Shown: positions 1 through 14,867, counted from the stretch's first letter. The stretch: DNA of 64,000 nucleotides from Azolla caroliniana (GCA_043228905.1 JBHGNT010000001.1:34410001-34474000); one strand, 5' to 3'. Made by a program: numbers and translations. The notes: generated by a model not told the origin, from the letters alone.

Positions 1-557
1 ATATGCCATCAAATTTATTAATGTCCTTGCAAGCTCACACATGTACACATAGTTGTTAAAAAATGTGTACTCTATGTTTAGAATATGTTTTAGAACTGTG
101 CCAATTTTCAAATTTTCACGTATTCGAAGAGTTCGATGTATTCTACGTATTTAACATTTCGAAAAACTTCAGAGATTTTTTAAATTCTAAAATTATTTAT
201 TTTGTAAAAACTGCTTTAAAATTTAAGAAGTGTTCAATGTATTTTAAACGTATTCTACATATTTTTAGTATTCTACACATATTCTATGTATTTTATATAT
301 ATATATATATGTAAAATACGTATTCTAAGTATTTTCTCTAAAAAGTTAGAATATTTAGCATACGTATTCTGCGTGTATTGTATGCTAAGTATTCTACAAC
401 AAAGTAATGTGAAATTATCATTTCGGTAACCAAATCTTACGAACATGATGCCACTATCACATTGTATTCAACCATTTTTTTGGTAATTTCATTGTTTCTG
501 AATTTACACAAGAAACTTCTATATAAATAGCGAGCATTTTAATACTCACAATTTACC

Positions 558-1243
558 AGCCTTGTGGAGCGCTGCGGCATGGATTGATCACTCGGTCGAA
601 GGGTGGACGGACACCGTCAATGCGGATAGTTGGTGTTATGTATGCACGAGAGGCAAAATCGTCAAGATCCGTTTTGAAAGAGGGTTGCAGCCTGCATCCC
701 CTAGGTTTCCAGAAATCTGGATGTTGATCGCAGGTTTCACCTTGTGGTATATATGGAAAGCGCGTTGCCTCAAGGTTTTCCAAGGTACGATACGACCCCC
801 GGAGGAAGTGATCATGGACATATGGTTCGCGCTTATCAGCTGCCTACGAGGGCAACTGGAAGAGGTTTGCAGCCACTCCAACGACGTGGTCTCTGCCCGT
901 TTGCGCTTTTGGCAGAAATGGCGGAACACACCTATGGTGATGCAAGGCGGGAGTGGCACGAGGTGGAACTACCAGGCCCCACGTTGGTTGTTTCCTACTC
1001 ACCTGCCACCCTCTCTTCGTTGTAGGCCCCAATAGCCAAATAGTACTAGGCAACATTGAAGGGCATTGCGTTGGATATAGGTAGCTTCTTACATTAAGTT
1101 AGGCCACAAGGCATTGTAATAGGCTCATCTTCTTTTACTTGATCGGAGGAAGACTCCCTGATGTGTGTATAAGTCTCCTTGTAGACTCTCTATGTAATAA
1201 TCCTTCCTAACTAATGGGAAAGTAGCTTCATTTTGGAAAAAAA
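558..1243 (+). mobile_element. 5'-truncated L1-like LINE (3' end of ORF2, 3' UTR, poly(A))
   Basis: ORF 562-1035 (IWMLIAGFTLWYIWKARCLKVF...) closely matches the C-terminus of the longer LINE at 51896-53840. A-tail at about 1237-1245. 17-bp TSD AATACTC(A/G)CAATTTACC at 541-557 and 1244-1260. Confidence 0.9.
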
Positions 1244-1749
1244 AATACTCGCAATTTACCGAATCTTGCAAATAAGCTTCACTAAATTCATTCAGTAAAT
1301 TAATAATCTTGATTATGAGCAAATTTGTACATCATCAGAGTATTTGTACATTAAGTACTGCATTATAAACAAAATGTGTAAATAATGTAGAATGTTAATG
1401 TCATTGGTATCAGTGGTTTTGGTTTAAATTTTAACTCATTAATATGGTAACACCTTTGCAATGTGGCAATATAAACTAGAAAAAGGATTGTGCCCATTTC
1501 TCTTTTTGTTCATTCAATGGTGGCCAAGTCAACCCCATCCATAAAAGTTTCGAAATAGCCCGAAAAAGGTCACGACTTAGAGTAATTACTCATGCAAAAG
1601 TAATAGTATCACATTCAATGTAGCTCAATATTCTATCATTGTTTCCAAAAATACCTCATGAAGGATTATATGGCGAGGGGTAGAAGTAATGTGGACATAC
1701 TACACGTGATAAGGAAAGGGGTGAAAGAAAAAGTTGATAATGCAAAGCA

Positions 1750-2560
1750 AAAGGCCAAACTCAACCTCTAGGACAAAACATGGTCCAATGTTGAGTAAAG
1801 ATTGTTTAATCACAATAAAAGAAAAAATTTAGGGGTTCATACAGAACTATTTTCATAATAATGCAAGACTTGGCCAAACTTTGTGACCCATGTTCAAATG
1901 TGAAATGGTACAAACTAACGTTCGACACCTTTAAAGACATGACATTAGTATATTGTCGTAGAGCCAAAACATAAAGTTTCACTTCGAAAATCTACCAAAA
2001 ATATAGTGACAAGGAAAACCCTAATACCTTAAGAGATTTGAATGTGTACAATATGTACAAGTTCTTGAGAACCATAGGATGAATCTGGATGTCAAGAGTA
2101 GAATGTGAATCTTCGTTGAATTTATCTCAAGTCTAAGGCCTATACATGATGATCCAATTGACAAGGATTTGATACTCACTTAGAAGTTAGGATGCGAAAT
2201 TATGCACTTCACATACATAAAAGGGCAAACCCCAAACATATGAAAGAAAGCATACCATTAATTGTCATGAAGTGGAATAGGTGCAAGAATTAGAATTCAA
2301 AGATGGTGATCATGTCGGGGATTTGATGAGCATTGAACAAATGAATTAAGCTCAAGAAGCAATGCCACTTGTTTAAGTGGGTGAAGTAAGCTCATAGATA
2401 CCATACTAAGCCTATAGTTTGAAGATTAGATGATCAGTTGCGAAGGCACCAACTAATGGGAAGGTCCCTCTGTCAAGTACCCAAAAACTTTAAAGTGAGA
2501 CATTGTAAGGTTAATTTTTCATTTCACCATTGATTTGTATTTGTAACAAGTAGCTTATGA
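1750..2560 (+). mobile_element. Highly decayed Ty3/Gypsy integrase C-terminal remnant
   Basis: Broken motifs EFKDGDHV (about 2293-2318) and WEGP (about 2457-2468) resemble the F..GD.V and W.GPY motifs after Gypsy integrase. No open frame; boundaries approximate. Confidence 0.4.
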
Positions 2561-3204
2561 GCATATGAACTAGAGATCCGCATTGTATCAAACCTTTTGT
2601 TGTAATCTTGCTTTGGAACTATGCTATTTCTTATATAAATGAACATGTTCTCCATTGTTTACTCTAGTAAAAAATGAGTAAAAAATGGGCTTCATTGTTT
2701 TGGCGATTTAGTTTTAGAGAAAGCAGTCGTGGTTGTAGGCTACAACTAATAAAATGAGAGCTACTCTAGCATATGTATAAACTCATTTAAATTTTCAAAA
2801 AACAAAAACCCTTTAGCTTTAACATTTTCATAATGATACTAGACATGGTTACTGATGTTTACGTGATAATCAAATGTCCCATTAAATTGCATTAGATGTA
2901 TATAGGAAGACATGTTAGTTGGTCTTGACTCTTCCCTCTAGTTTTGCCATCGTCATTGAAATTCAAATTTATGTTCACTCATTCAAATTTGTAGTGTTTT
3001 TTCTTGTGTGCTTAGTATGTCTGCGAATATTTCTTGTAGAAGGCTCTCAAGAATAAACTTCCCTTATTGTCTTAGATACATATGCTTCCCTTATCGTTTT
3101 ATGTTCTCTCTTAATTAGGCTCATTTTGTCTTCTATTAGGCACCATGGAACCAACATTAAGGTATATGGGGTTCTCTTACTAGTTATTTATTTTGATCAA
3201 GAAT

Positions 3205-3600
3205 TTGTGTGTAGATTTACTAATGCCTTTTAATTTTTTATCACATTTGCAACCTTTTCAATATGATGCACCAAAGATTTTTGTAAGCTATAATTATTGT
3301 GACACTCCTAGCTATGTGTGATTGCCCAATCGCATGCATTCATGAAGAGAAGACATTATGATATTAATAAGAGAAAATTTCATTATGATATTACTAATGG
3401 TAGGGTTTTCTTACTAGTGATGAATTCGGTCAAGGATTTATGTGTAGATTTACCAATGCCCTTTTATCAAATATGCAAGCTTTCCAATGTGATTGAGCAA
3501 CATCAAAGATATTTGTAAGCTATAGTTATTGTCACACCCCTTGCTATGCGTGATTGCCTAATGGCATGCATGCATGTTGAGAAGACATTATGACTTATAT
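3205..3600. repeat. Degenerate two-copy tandem duplication (about 235-bp unit)
   Basis: TGTGTAGATTTAC(T/C)AATGCC...TTTGTAAGCTATA...GTGATTGCC...GAGAAGACATTATGA occurs twice. Confidence 0.75.
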
Positions 3601-6600
3601 ATTTTGTCTTTGGCTTGCGCGAGAACTCAACAAGTAAAGCAAATATACATTTCAGTGGGTTTAAAGGAAGATTAAGAAGGAAAGACAAAAGGCAATAAGT
3701 AGTGCGCTAATCAAAATAACAACTTAAATGCAGACGTCCAATAAGTAGTAGGTTCAAACATCTTTAGCATTGATTATGTAAATCATTTGTTACACTACGT
3801 TCAAGGACGTATCACAATTCATTATATAATCGTACTATTTAAATTTTCGTGACAATGATTCAAAAAATACTATCAATCAATTTCATTTCTATGTTTATGT
3901 TTCTTTTTAACAATATTGCATATTGTTTGATTGTCATTTTGCTTTGAGTTAATAAATACTCCAACGTTTATAATATGTTTACAATGTTTTACAAGTGAAT
4001 GAATTGTTGTCTTTCATTCATTGGAATATCTTTACATTGTTATAGATGAGTTTTCATGGCTATCTTCCAACTCATTAAAACTGCTTGATTTTAAATAATA
4101 CCCATTTTTTAGTGGTTTTAATAGGATCCTCAGAACGTGTTATTTGCAGAAACTCGAGTTTCTTCTATGGAACTTGCATCTACAATGAGAGAAGACCGAA
4201 CTTAAAACAATTCTACTATATATGTATATGACTCTTATGCACTTCATTTCTTAACATTCACACTAGTGTTATTAGCATCATATGACTTGCATCCATGGCC
4301 GATGATGATGTAGGAAATCTTCTTCTTGATTAAAGCTGCAAGTTCTACGAGAGAACATTACTCCTCTAGACAAGGCTAATAATTATTATATATGAGAATG
4401 AACACAAAGTTTTCTACACAAAATTTGAAAGGAGGTCAATCAGACACTAAAAAAATCTCATGCTGGTAACCTACATGACCTCAGATACTAGAAAAATCCC
4501 ATGCTAGTAAGCTACCTTCATGACATGATGCTTGTAGATAAAGATTACTTATAACTACCATTAGTATGCTTTTTCGTTGCTAAAAATTAATAGGTTATAT
4601 ATATCTTCTCTTATTGCACCAAAAATAGATATGACCCATGGTTTACTACAAAGCTCATTTTACATACACATGGTGAATGTTTTACTCAATCCAATTTATC
4701 TAGAAAATAATACTACTTGAAGCATAGCCTCCAAACATGAAGTACAAGTTTTTGAACTTGGCTTCTCTCCTTGATCTCCAGTTTCATAGTGAAGGCAACC
4801 ATCAAAACATAAATTAGACATAATGCAAGTATTTTGAAGCTTATGACGATAAGAAAGACGATTTTAAAATATGTAATGCATATATATAGAAAGAGAGAAG
4901 AATAGTAAGGGCCAACTAAGTTATACGTGTCTAAAATAAGGTGAGGTGGCCACCAAACTTGGGAATTAGACATGTATTATGGATTGACACAATTAGATAT
5001 AGAATTGGCCAACTACTTTGGTAAAAGGTGAGGCGGCCACCAAACTTTGAAGACCTCCCTATTTTGATTTCCTTGTAATCTTACGATAATTTACCCTAAG
5101 TAAAAAGGGACCTTCTGATTATAATGGAGATTTAATCAAAAGTTCTTAATCTTACACCCATTGTAATTGATTCCATTAGTTAAAAATCATCTCTTGTTAT
5201 ACATTCTAATTGAACACCATACATGTACCGCCACAATCACATGTACCTGCTCCAAAAGTTAGTGTGGCCATGCTACAACAAATCTTACAACTTAAGGTGC
5301 TCTTGTTAGTAAAAGAAGAACATGGATGGTCCTATGGATAACACACACCTTTAGTTAGTCTTGTGTAGGCAATACTGCTCACTATAGAAGGGGTCCTAAG
5401 ACTAGACCGTTGACCCTTGCATGCTTGCGCCACTCTTGTAATACAATTCAAGCATAGAGAACTACACACAACTTCATCACATAGCCCACTTAGACCTCTC
5501 CATTAGGAAACTTTGCTTCAACTGTCCATGGAAAATACAATCAAGTTAGGAACACCATCCCACCCAACCTATATGTTGAACATGAAGCCACTCAACATGC
5601 GACGACCATGAACACTAGAATGTGGCCTCTTGCCAACGATAACTGTTACACCTCTTGTAGACCACTTCCTTGGAGATAGTCAACATGCTCCAAACCAAAC
5701 TAGATGGCTTGGAGGAGAACAGTCCTCACGTAATCTCCAAGACCTACGAGAAGCAGTCGCCAATGTGACAATGTGGAAACAAAGTGGACACTCAATTGGA
5801 GTAGAATGCATGACACTGAGGCACATTTTGGTAGTAGTACATAGGGCCCTACACAATGTCACTTTGGTACTCATCCAAGCTTGTTTGTACATGGAGTCCA
5901 AACACCAACATGTATAAGAGCTATGCATGCAACAACACTTACTAACCACCAAACTCAAAGTCGTAGAAGAAGAAAGAGAGATGGTGAAAGACACACTTAG
6001 AACAAAAAGCCACCCAACCAACTCCCTACAACAATACTTATGGTAAATGCGCTCAACACTACCATGGAGTCACAACTTGAAACAAGCATGCAAGCAAGCC
6101 TAACTACGACACCATGAGGAGTAAGTAGCACAAATAAACTCTTCATAAGTAAAGGTCGACAACTCGAGGTACAAATGAAGTTGGTTGACCTCATGGAGGA
6201 GTCAGGACACTACAAAATTATGTATGGTTGATAGCACCACTAGCCATATATTTATATGTAACTGCTAATTATAGGTGTATACCTTCTCATAAATGAGGAG
6301 CTCCTAGCTTCTACATACACCTAGAAACTAATCGTCCAGCAAGCTAAGAAAACCTTGAGAAGTTTAACCACTACAGGGGTCTCCAATGATGGGAAGCCAC
6401 AAATTAGTGCTATTTATGTTGTACCTTGGGGCATTACCATTTTGTGCTTGAGGCTTTCTGCATACTTACTAGGGACAATATCCACTCTTTAGAATTTTTA
6501 GAAGCCTTATTGGCTAACCCCAAACTAGATTCTTTCCATTCTTCCAAGCATTTTTTGAGTTTGTACCCATTGATCACATGTCCCTCTGCCTGCACACTTG

Positions 6601-6905
6601 TGGCACTTATTGGTTTCCACACTCCCATGGGGTGAAGAACGCCAAAATTAAGGTTTTGATTATTAATCCACACTCACAACTCTTCCTCTTGAAGTGATGC
6701 TAAGATCTGATGAAATGAAAGAGGTAGATTCTATAGTTTGTGATCAGTTCTATAACCACACCATCAAACCTTGGGTGCAACATGTATATGATGATACATT
6801 TTAGGGCTAACTGATCTGGCAACACGGTTAACACTATCCAACTGTCTAGTGCCACAGATGCTTTATTTGCATTTAAAACGCCTTTCTTCCCTTTCCACCA
6901 TTTTG

Positions 6906-7137
6906 GTTTATTATTATGGATAACCAAATTTATAAGTTTTCAATTGTGGGTGTAATTTTGCCAAATTCCCCAAGCATTTTGTAAGTTTATTATTATGGAT
7001 AACCAAATTTATAAGTTTTCAATTGTGGGTGTAATTTTGCCAAATTCCTCAAGCATTTTATAAGTTTATTATTATGGATAACCAAATTTAGAAGTTTTCA
7101 ATTGTGGGTGTAACTTTGCCAAATTCCCCAAGCATTT
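6906..7137. repeat. Tandem repeat, about 3 x 79 bp
   Basis: GTTTATTATTATGGATAACCAAATTT...CCAAATTCCCCAAGCATTT starts at 6906, 6985 and 7064; copies nearly identical. Confidence 0.95.
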
Positions 7138-10100
7138 ACTATATCCAACGTTGCTTGCATAACATGGAAGTCTACTCTGCTCATAACAATTGCATACTTA
7201 CATACATTCATGTCAACAGTTTTTGCTTTATCCATCAGGGGGATCTGAGCCATCAGGTTCCAGTTTTTTCCTCCACAATTGCATCTGACCCCCTATGTTA
7301 TGTACCATGTTGGTCATATTTTGAATATGTTATGTTGGTTATAATTTGAATAGAAGGTTGCCATATCACAAAATTAATGGAGAAAGAGAATATAGAGAAG
7401 GGCCTTAACAATGAATCATTGTAAAATACTTCATATTATTGATCAAATACAATCTTACAACAGTAATGCTTCAATGATATTTCTCACATGATCATCTTCA
7501 CCTATTCGATGTGACGTCCTTATATATATTTATATATATATTTGTAATTAACCAAATATGCGCTTGTACGTTTTATTCAACACTTTAGTGGATAGGAACC
7601 CCCGGGTTCTTGACTCCTGAGATATCACTTGATTCTTATGATTTTTATTTAAAATTTTCATTCAGAGTCTGAGAATGGTGGTCATCTTGATATTCCATAA
7701 TCCGTGGTTCATTTAAGTCAAGTTAGCTCTTGAAGAGCATTGTTGAATGGTGACCTCAACTCTCTAGTGGGGCTAATTCACTTGTTGGCTCCTTGCTCTT
7801 GACTTGATCGAGCCAATTCCACTTGTCATGACACATGTGATAATACACACATGCATATTAACCTCTAAAGCACCAATTCCATGCTATGTGCTATTGGCTT
7901 GTACACTAAAGATACAAATATAAGAAACAAAGAATATATTGCAGCAAAGTGCCTAGCTAGTAGCTATGATTATACTAAAGATATAATAGAAAAGAGGTGT
8001 ATGCTCAGTGCTCACAATCAATGTCTCTAACTCGATGATGCTTGCAAGTTGCAATACCAAATGCATATTGTACTTGGCTTGAGGTATACTTCCTCCCCAA
8101 GTTTGCGATACAAGATCAAGCTATTGTTGTGACGTGGTGTGTGCAAATACCTCATGGCTTTGTTGTTCGTCTTGTGAAATCTTTGTTGGACCATCCTTTT
8201 ACAGAAATTTATGTATGACCAACCCACACACCCATTTGTAGTAATCTTTGTGGTGATCGATTTTGATAAACGTATAGCTATTGCTATAGTTGTTCCATGG
8301 CAACAACAAGTGATGCATATGATGATATAGAAGTATGGTGTTGTGATGTTCATTTTATTTGTCCTTGAAAGCAAGAGAGAGGCCGAGCGTTGTGGTCACT
8401 ATAAGTGGGCGTGAGTGTGTAGACGAGGCATTTTTGATGAGTTTCGACTATGTGTTTATGAAGATTGTGATGTGTGAGTTTGTTTTTAGTAACACTTTTA
8501 TTACAAGTGGGAAACCTCAAAGTGAGGTGAAAACTCACAAAGAATAAAGAGAAGTATACAAGTGTTGATTAGACACTAAAGAGCTTAGCAACACTCAAAG
8601 TAAAGAATGGAAATTTGCAGTGTGATGTCTCTAAGATTGCGATGTGTGAGTAAGAGTGAATGGAATATATAAGGAAAGATGAAATTTGGTCCAAGTCTTG
8701 TTTGATGACCAAAGTCATGTCGTTGCCAATTCCACCTAAGCGTGGAATGTGCACAACGGGTGGTGTGCCTAGTCACTAAAATCATTTTCATTGTGCTCAT
8801 TCGGTGTTAGGTACAATAGTGTATTGCTGGTTGATAATAGCCTTTTTGCAATGATGTTTTGGGTGATGATGCCCTCACCTCTCATCGCTATGAACATCAA
8901 TTGTCTTGCCTTAACCTATCAAATAAAAAGGACTTTTCAAGCTTTAGGATGCCCAATAATGTATGCTTAGGCTTCATTTTCTTATGAGACCTTTAGGCTT
9001 CAAATTTAAGGCCGATGAAGTCATCCATGACTCAAATAAGAATTGTTTTAAAGGAGAGAATATCTTTAGAGTTAAAAGTGATATCCATAACTCTTAACAT
9101 TATTCTTCAAGATATTGTTCCAATACCCTTTTATGGACACACAATTGCATGCTTATTTATGAATATGCTACCAATCTTACAAAATGAAAGCTTCTTTATT
9201 CTAAAAAACTTCTTTTTTTGAAATGCATTTTAATCTTTTGTTTAATTGGTCCTGCCTATAGCTATAAGTTGTTGTCAAGGTAGTGATAATGAATAAATCT
9301 CACATGTGAGCAATCTAAAGTTGCTTCTTTTAATGAATCAAAACACGAACATGGTACATTATATTTGTAGATACATTGTACCAAATACACACGTCTACAT
9401 CATTGTTTTATATGGATGCGATACCTAAACGTTAGCATTCTATGCTAGTATGTGCAACTTCAATCATTTAGCGATGTTGATTTTCTTATTAAAGATTTGG
9501 TTTCTTTCTCTGTACGTATCCACTCAAAACATGGACCAATAATTGAAGATCTCGTTAGAGAGGGAAAGAGACAAGTTGTCATGCAACATAGCCCACATAT
9601 CTCATAAAGCAATAATTATTTAGTGCACTATAAGATGTGGGTACGTTCTAGTACATGGTTAACAAAAGTCATGGAGAAGTCGCATCTGTCAAGTTGACAA
9701 TGCAAAGAAACATAATTCATGTTCTGTCTCGTGTTTAAAAAGTATTTCTCACTATTACAATTCTTTATCTTTGAGTTATGACATGAAGTCATCAATTAGC
9801 CATATGCTCCTTTTCTTTCTTCTTAGTCATGAGATCATCTCACTTAAAAAGAAAATAATGAGCATGTGATAATATTGAGCCAAATATATTAGAAATACAC
9901 TTATTTTCAATTAAATATTTCTAACTAAGGTTTTTCTTCGATTGAAAGTCTCAAAAAGTTGTGATTGTGTTTTCTCTATAGGTACACATGTTGGTTCATG
10001 AAAAAATAGTGGAAGTATTCTCTATGGAGCATATATAGACTAGAAATGGCTTAGGTCTATTCAAATATTACGATTATGATCATGTGTTCTGCTACATGTA

Positions 10101-12089
10101 CATACACATTTGTCTTAATGGAAGCATCATTAATCAAAACAAAAATACACTTGAAAGGAGAAATCAAAATATAAAAAAATAGCTTGTTCAAATTTGTTAT
10201 CTTGGAAGATTCGTGCTATATATAAAGACTAACTTGTCACAATCTAGTTCACTATTTTGTTCTAGAATAGCGGGGATCAAAAGGAAACCCTATATATGAG
10301 TTCTTGTAGTCAATATTCCTCGGGATTTCAAAACACATGCCAAATTTAAGTCTATTTCGTTTTGTCATGATATTGGGTCATGGAAATTGCGTTCATGTGC
10401 ATTACTCCTCTCTCCTATTGCTAAGTATTGGATTGGGCAAGCAAGATTTCAATAATCTTGTTGGAAGTTATGGACTCATTCTGGGTGTCATAAGCTACCA
10501 AACAACTTGTTTTTAGATTGTTAACTCATAATCTTGTATAGTTTGTTTTTAGATTGTTAACTGAAAATATCACCCCAAAGTTTTTTCTTTATTCATGAAG
10601 TTCTCAAAGTAGTTTATTTAGGAATGACGTTATTGTGCATGTACATTCAATATTCACAAGTGATAGAAAATAGCTATTAAGAAATGTCTTAATGTTTTAT
10701 CTTTCACTTAATATTTGTCAAAACCATTTGATGAGGATTTATCAATTCCTTTTTAACCACACATGCACACATGCATGTCTTTCCATAAATCAAAGTCTTA
10801 CATTCTTACATGGGTATAAGTGGACTAATATATTGATAAAAGTTTGTGAAGTAAATGAAGAGGATAGAAACATTACATGATTTGCATTTCAATACAACTA
10901 GAAAATGTGAAGAAAACTTACATTACGTTCGCCAAAAACATGTATTACTGACGACACATTACACATGAAGTGATGATCTCACATCAGTTTCCTTTCAAAT
11001 ATTGTACTTTTGTAATTTTGTTTGTGTCTTTGTCCTAATACATACACACTTGTATGTCCATGAGGTCATCCAAAGATGATTCGAAAACAAATATTAGAAT
11101 TTTGTTATCATAATGTTAATATCAATATATAGTTTTGGAACCATTGCAATGGATGATAAATTCTATTTGGTCATATACGATTATAGAGACATGATATTCA
11201 AACTCGATCGCTCAGGTGCTAAGCTACACAACGTTGTCCTAAAAGGAGAATGGTTTACCATGTATACACAAGTCCATCAACCCTTGCAAGAACTTTATGA
11301 TATCATATAAATAAAATGTCGTTACATATGATTATCAATGCATTGAATTTGTGTAGAAGATTTTTTGTTGCACCCTTCCTTTACTTATTTGATATCGTAT
11401 TATGTGAAGCTCAAAGCTTGTCAACCATCTCCATTTTTCTAATAAACCAACTCCCATACATTCCTTCATTGGTGGGTCCCCCGTGGTCAATGGAAAAAGA
11501 GAACAATTACACTACTTTAGCATGTACAATAGCTAGCCAATAGCTTGATCCATTTAAATCTCAACGCAGTGCATCAACATTGAGGACCTAGCATATAGAT
11601 GAAAGATTAAACGAAACCTCTTTAAATTAGTCTTGTAGCTTATCAATGTCAAGAGAAATTGTGGACCTAGTCCATATAACAAGGATTAGAGTAAAGCTCT
11701 TTAAGCAAGTCTTTTGGCTTATTGATGTCAAGAATAATCGTATTGAGGAAGACAAGGAATAATCACAATAAAAGTGGTAGCAAAGGAGACATAGAAAACA
11801 TTATAACTATTCATAAATGAAGAAAATACAAGGACCTTACAAAAGACATTGTGTAGTTAGGCATAAAAACTCTTTACAAATGAACAGTGGACCCATTATA
11901 TAGCATGGAGCTTCTTATAATTTGTGCTACAGAAATCTCACATGTTTGAGCCAAAGTACTCTTAATTGCTAACTAATACTTCGATATGAGTTAACCTATG
12001 TAATCATAATGGCTATTGCATTAACCTTGTATTTGAGACATGGATGCCCATCTTTATGGTTTTGCTCCATGTTATATATATAAATCAGG

Positions 12090-14794
12090 CTACATTTTCA
12101 CTTTCACATTGCATGACAACCGAATCATCCTCCGGGAACGCCATTTCACCAAATACCGCAAGAACTCGAGTACCTATCAACACAATATGCATACAAGTTA
12201 AGATATGAACTCCAAGTCTAAGGTGAAAATAGTTCTCTAATCAGCAATATCTTGGCAGTACAAATATACAAATAAGAAAAACCAAATCACTGTTACATAT
12301 TGGAAGTGAAAGTACCTCAGTTGGGTCTCGAAGTGAACACATGGCATTTGTCTCTTTTGCTATATTAGAAACTAATATTCCAAGGCCATGCTTGGTTCTT
12401 GTGATAACCTAGATATTGCCATAAAATTTAATAATGTGAAAAATGAAAATTGAAGAAATAACAAACTCGGGTCTAGAATATATTGATTTGAATAGATTCA
12501 TGTTGAATCCACCTTGAAAGCATCTTCGTCGGTACGATCATCTCCTATATAGATTGGAAAGACATCATTCCGGCTTCCTAGTCCTTCAACAAAAGTCGGT
12601 AGAGAACACATTTTAGGCTAATATAATGAATTAGTGTCACATGTTGGGATTTTGAGCTTGATAATGTAATAATGGATTAGATTGACCTTGTAGCAAAATA
12701 ATACCCATACATACCAAGAGCTCGGAGCAAGTAATCTAGAGCTTTTCCTTTGTTCCACGCAATCGATGGACGGATTTCCAATATCTGAAAAACATAAGCA
12801 TCCTTTTTAAGAATTTCAATATAGCATTTGCATTAGTGTAGTTATGCTCAGTCTAGGAAATGTACCGACCTTTCGCCCTTGTGTAAGGCGAAGATTCGGA
12901 TATGAATTCAGTACATGTTGGACATGCTCCGCGAGAGCAAGCCAATTCTGGTAAAACAAAAGAAATGATTGTAAAGATCTTAATCAACTGATAAAGTAAT
13001 TATTAACATAAATAACTTAGACTACTAAATAGAAAACTTAAAAGATATATTTCACTCTCCCCTAATTAAAGGCTTATGTGTGCAAACACATGTAACAACT
13101 ATAAATAAGTCTTCATCCACATGAAGCGGACATTAAGTAGGACAGTTTTGACATTTGGATTTTCACCTCTTCTTTCACACACCGGAAATGAACACTAATA
13201 CAAAACTTGTTATGCTCAACTTTGGCCCCCGGTATCTTTTTAGCATTATCCTCCAATAACTTGAAAACCTATAGCACAATTTATCAAAGATAAAACTTGG
13301 AAATTTTTGGCTTAAGGGAATCATAATATGGCTGCAATAATGGAAGATTAAAAACCCAAATATGAGATATATTGATTACCTCATCCATGATTGATATAAA
13401 TTCACTGGCAGGTTGGAACAAGACCATTTCATTCCCCTATATAAATGACACAGATACCATTAAGAAATCAAGCACACACAGTTCACATAATGCCATCTTT
13501 TTGGGTGGAAGACAAAATTAATTGAGTAACATTAGCACAAATTTGAGTTCAAAAATGTATTGTTGGTCCGGTCCGACAAGTACCTTGTCATCAACTGCTT
13601 TGGTGCCATGTGCTTTGAAACCACCACAACTCTCGACAGGTCCCATGATGTCCATGCCGTGACTCCCCGCATAATAGAGCTCTGGAAGCTGAACAAACTC
13701 GTATACCTTCAATGCCAAAAGCCAACAGTAGAAGAGAAACAGTCACTAATGTGCTAGTTACATATGTAGTATCCACATAGTTTTGTATAGATTTTCATAG
13801 GTAGGTCTCAATTGAAGTACTTATATCCAAGATTACAAATGTTCGGGTTATATGAAAGAATCGGCATGATCCAATACCTTCTCTCTACTTCGACCGGTTA
13901 TGATTGATGTCGGAAATAATGTCGCGATGTCTTTCACAACAGTCCGCATCTGAATCGGAACAAGCATTGTTAGCCATTAGCCCATGGGGCTCGGTTTATA
14001 TTTACACCACCACACTATTAACATAAAGAAGGAAGTGTGTTTCCGGAGTACCTCGTCAGACATGAATGCACACTCGGGATCTTCAACGATCGGTGACAAG
14101 GTTCCATCATAATCCAAAAATATGGCGATACGTTTTCCAGTGGCCGCATCGATGATTTTCTCAAACTTATCAAGTGCAGATGGATGTTTCACCTGTAGTG
14201 ACAAAACTAAATATAATTGAGTCCATGAGACAAGTATAGCATTGCTAGCATGTAGTCATGCATTAATGTAGTTAACTAGGCCACAGGTAAGCTAAAGTAT
14301 ATCATTGTGGTGGACAATATGTTATGTATGAATCAGCATTAAAGTAGGTGAGGGTAGGTCACTAATATTGTATGAATCAAACATAGGTGAAGGGTATGTT
14401 GGCTAATGGTAGGTATGGCCTACCTATAGCAATGTACAATCTAGACATACATACATGTATGCTAGCTAGTTGGAAATTTGGATTTCACACATGAAATTGT
14501 CATGAAGATCAAAAGTCTCACCATCCACCCGCGGTATTTTATCTCGGCCGCTTCACAATCGGATTTATCGGGTAGATCACTTTGCAGGCGTCGTAAAATT
14601 CGAGGTGGGGACAAATCTCTCATGGCCTCTAGCCAGCCATGAGCTATGCCATTATTGTTACTATTACTAGTAATATTATTCTCACTAAGGTTCACAGAAA
14701 TCCTCTTCTTATGGGTGCTTGAGTGAGCGCTTGGTTGCAGAGATTCCTTAAAAATGATGGTTGAGCTTACATGCCTTGTTTTGAAGACTGCCAT
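12090..14794 (-). CDS. TPP: Trehalose-6-phosphate phosphatase (HAD family), 11 exons, 387 aa
   Basis: Exons (minus): 14794-14522, 14192-14052, 13949-13878, 13706-13584, 13436-13380, 13268-13167, 12947-12870, 12784-12715, 12583-12513, 12408-12316, 12173-12090. All introns GT-AG and phases consistent (1164 nt). Motifs [66 protein letters not shown]. Confidence 0.97.
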
Positions 14795-14867
14795 TGATAT
14801 GGAGTCTGGTTTGTAGCTAGCTAGGAGTTAATTGCAGTGTGTATTTTTTTTTTTTCTAAAGTGTTGC

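Noticed and set aside
5200-6680. GC-richer block with 60-113 aa ORFs
   Set aside because: Probably a decayed retroelement, but I could not read a diagnostic motif or any splice structure.
6906-7137. CRISPR-like regular repeats
   Set aside because: Whole 79-bp units repeat with no unique spacers; eukaryotic context and no cas genes.
8000-8900. Possible NIF/FCP1-like phosphatase remnant (YNSVLLVDNS near 8812)
   Set aside because: Single weak motif, no continuous frame or exon structure.
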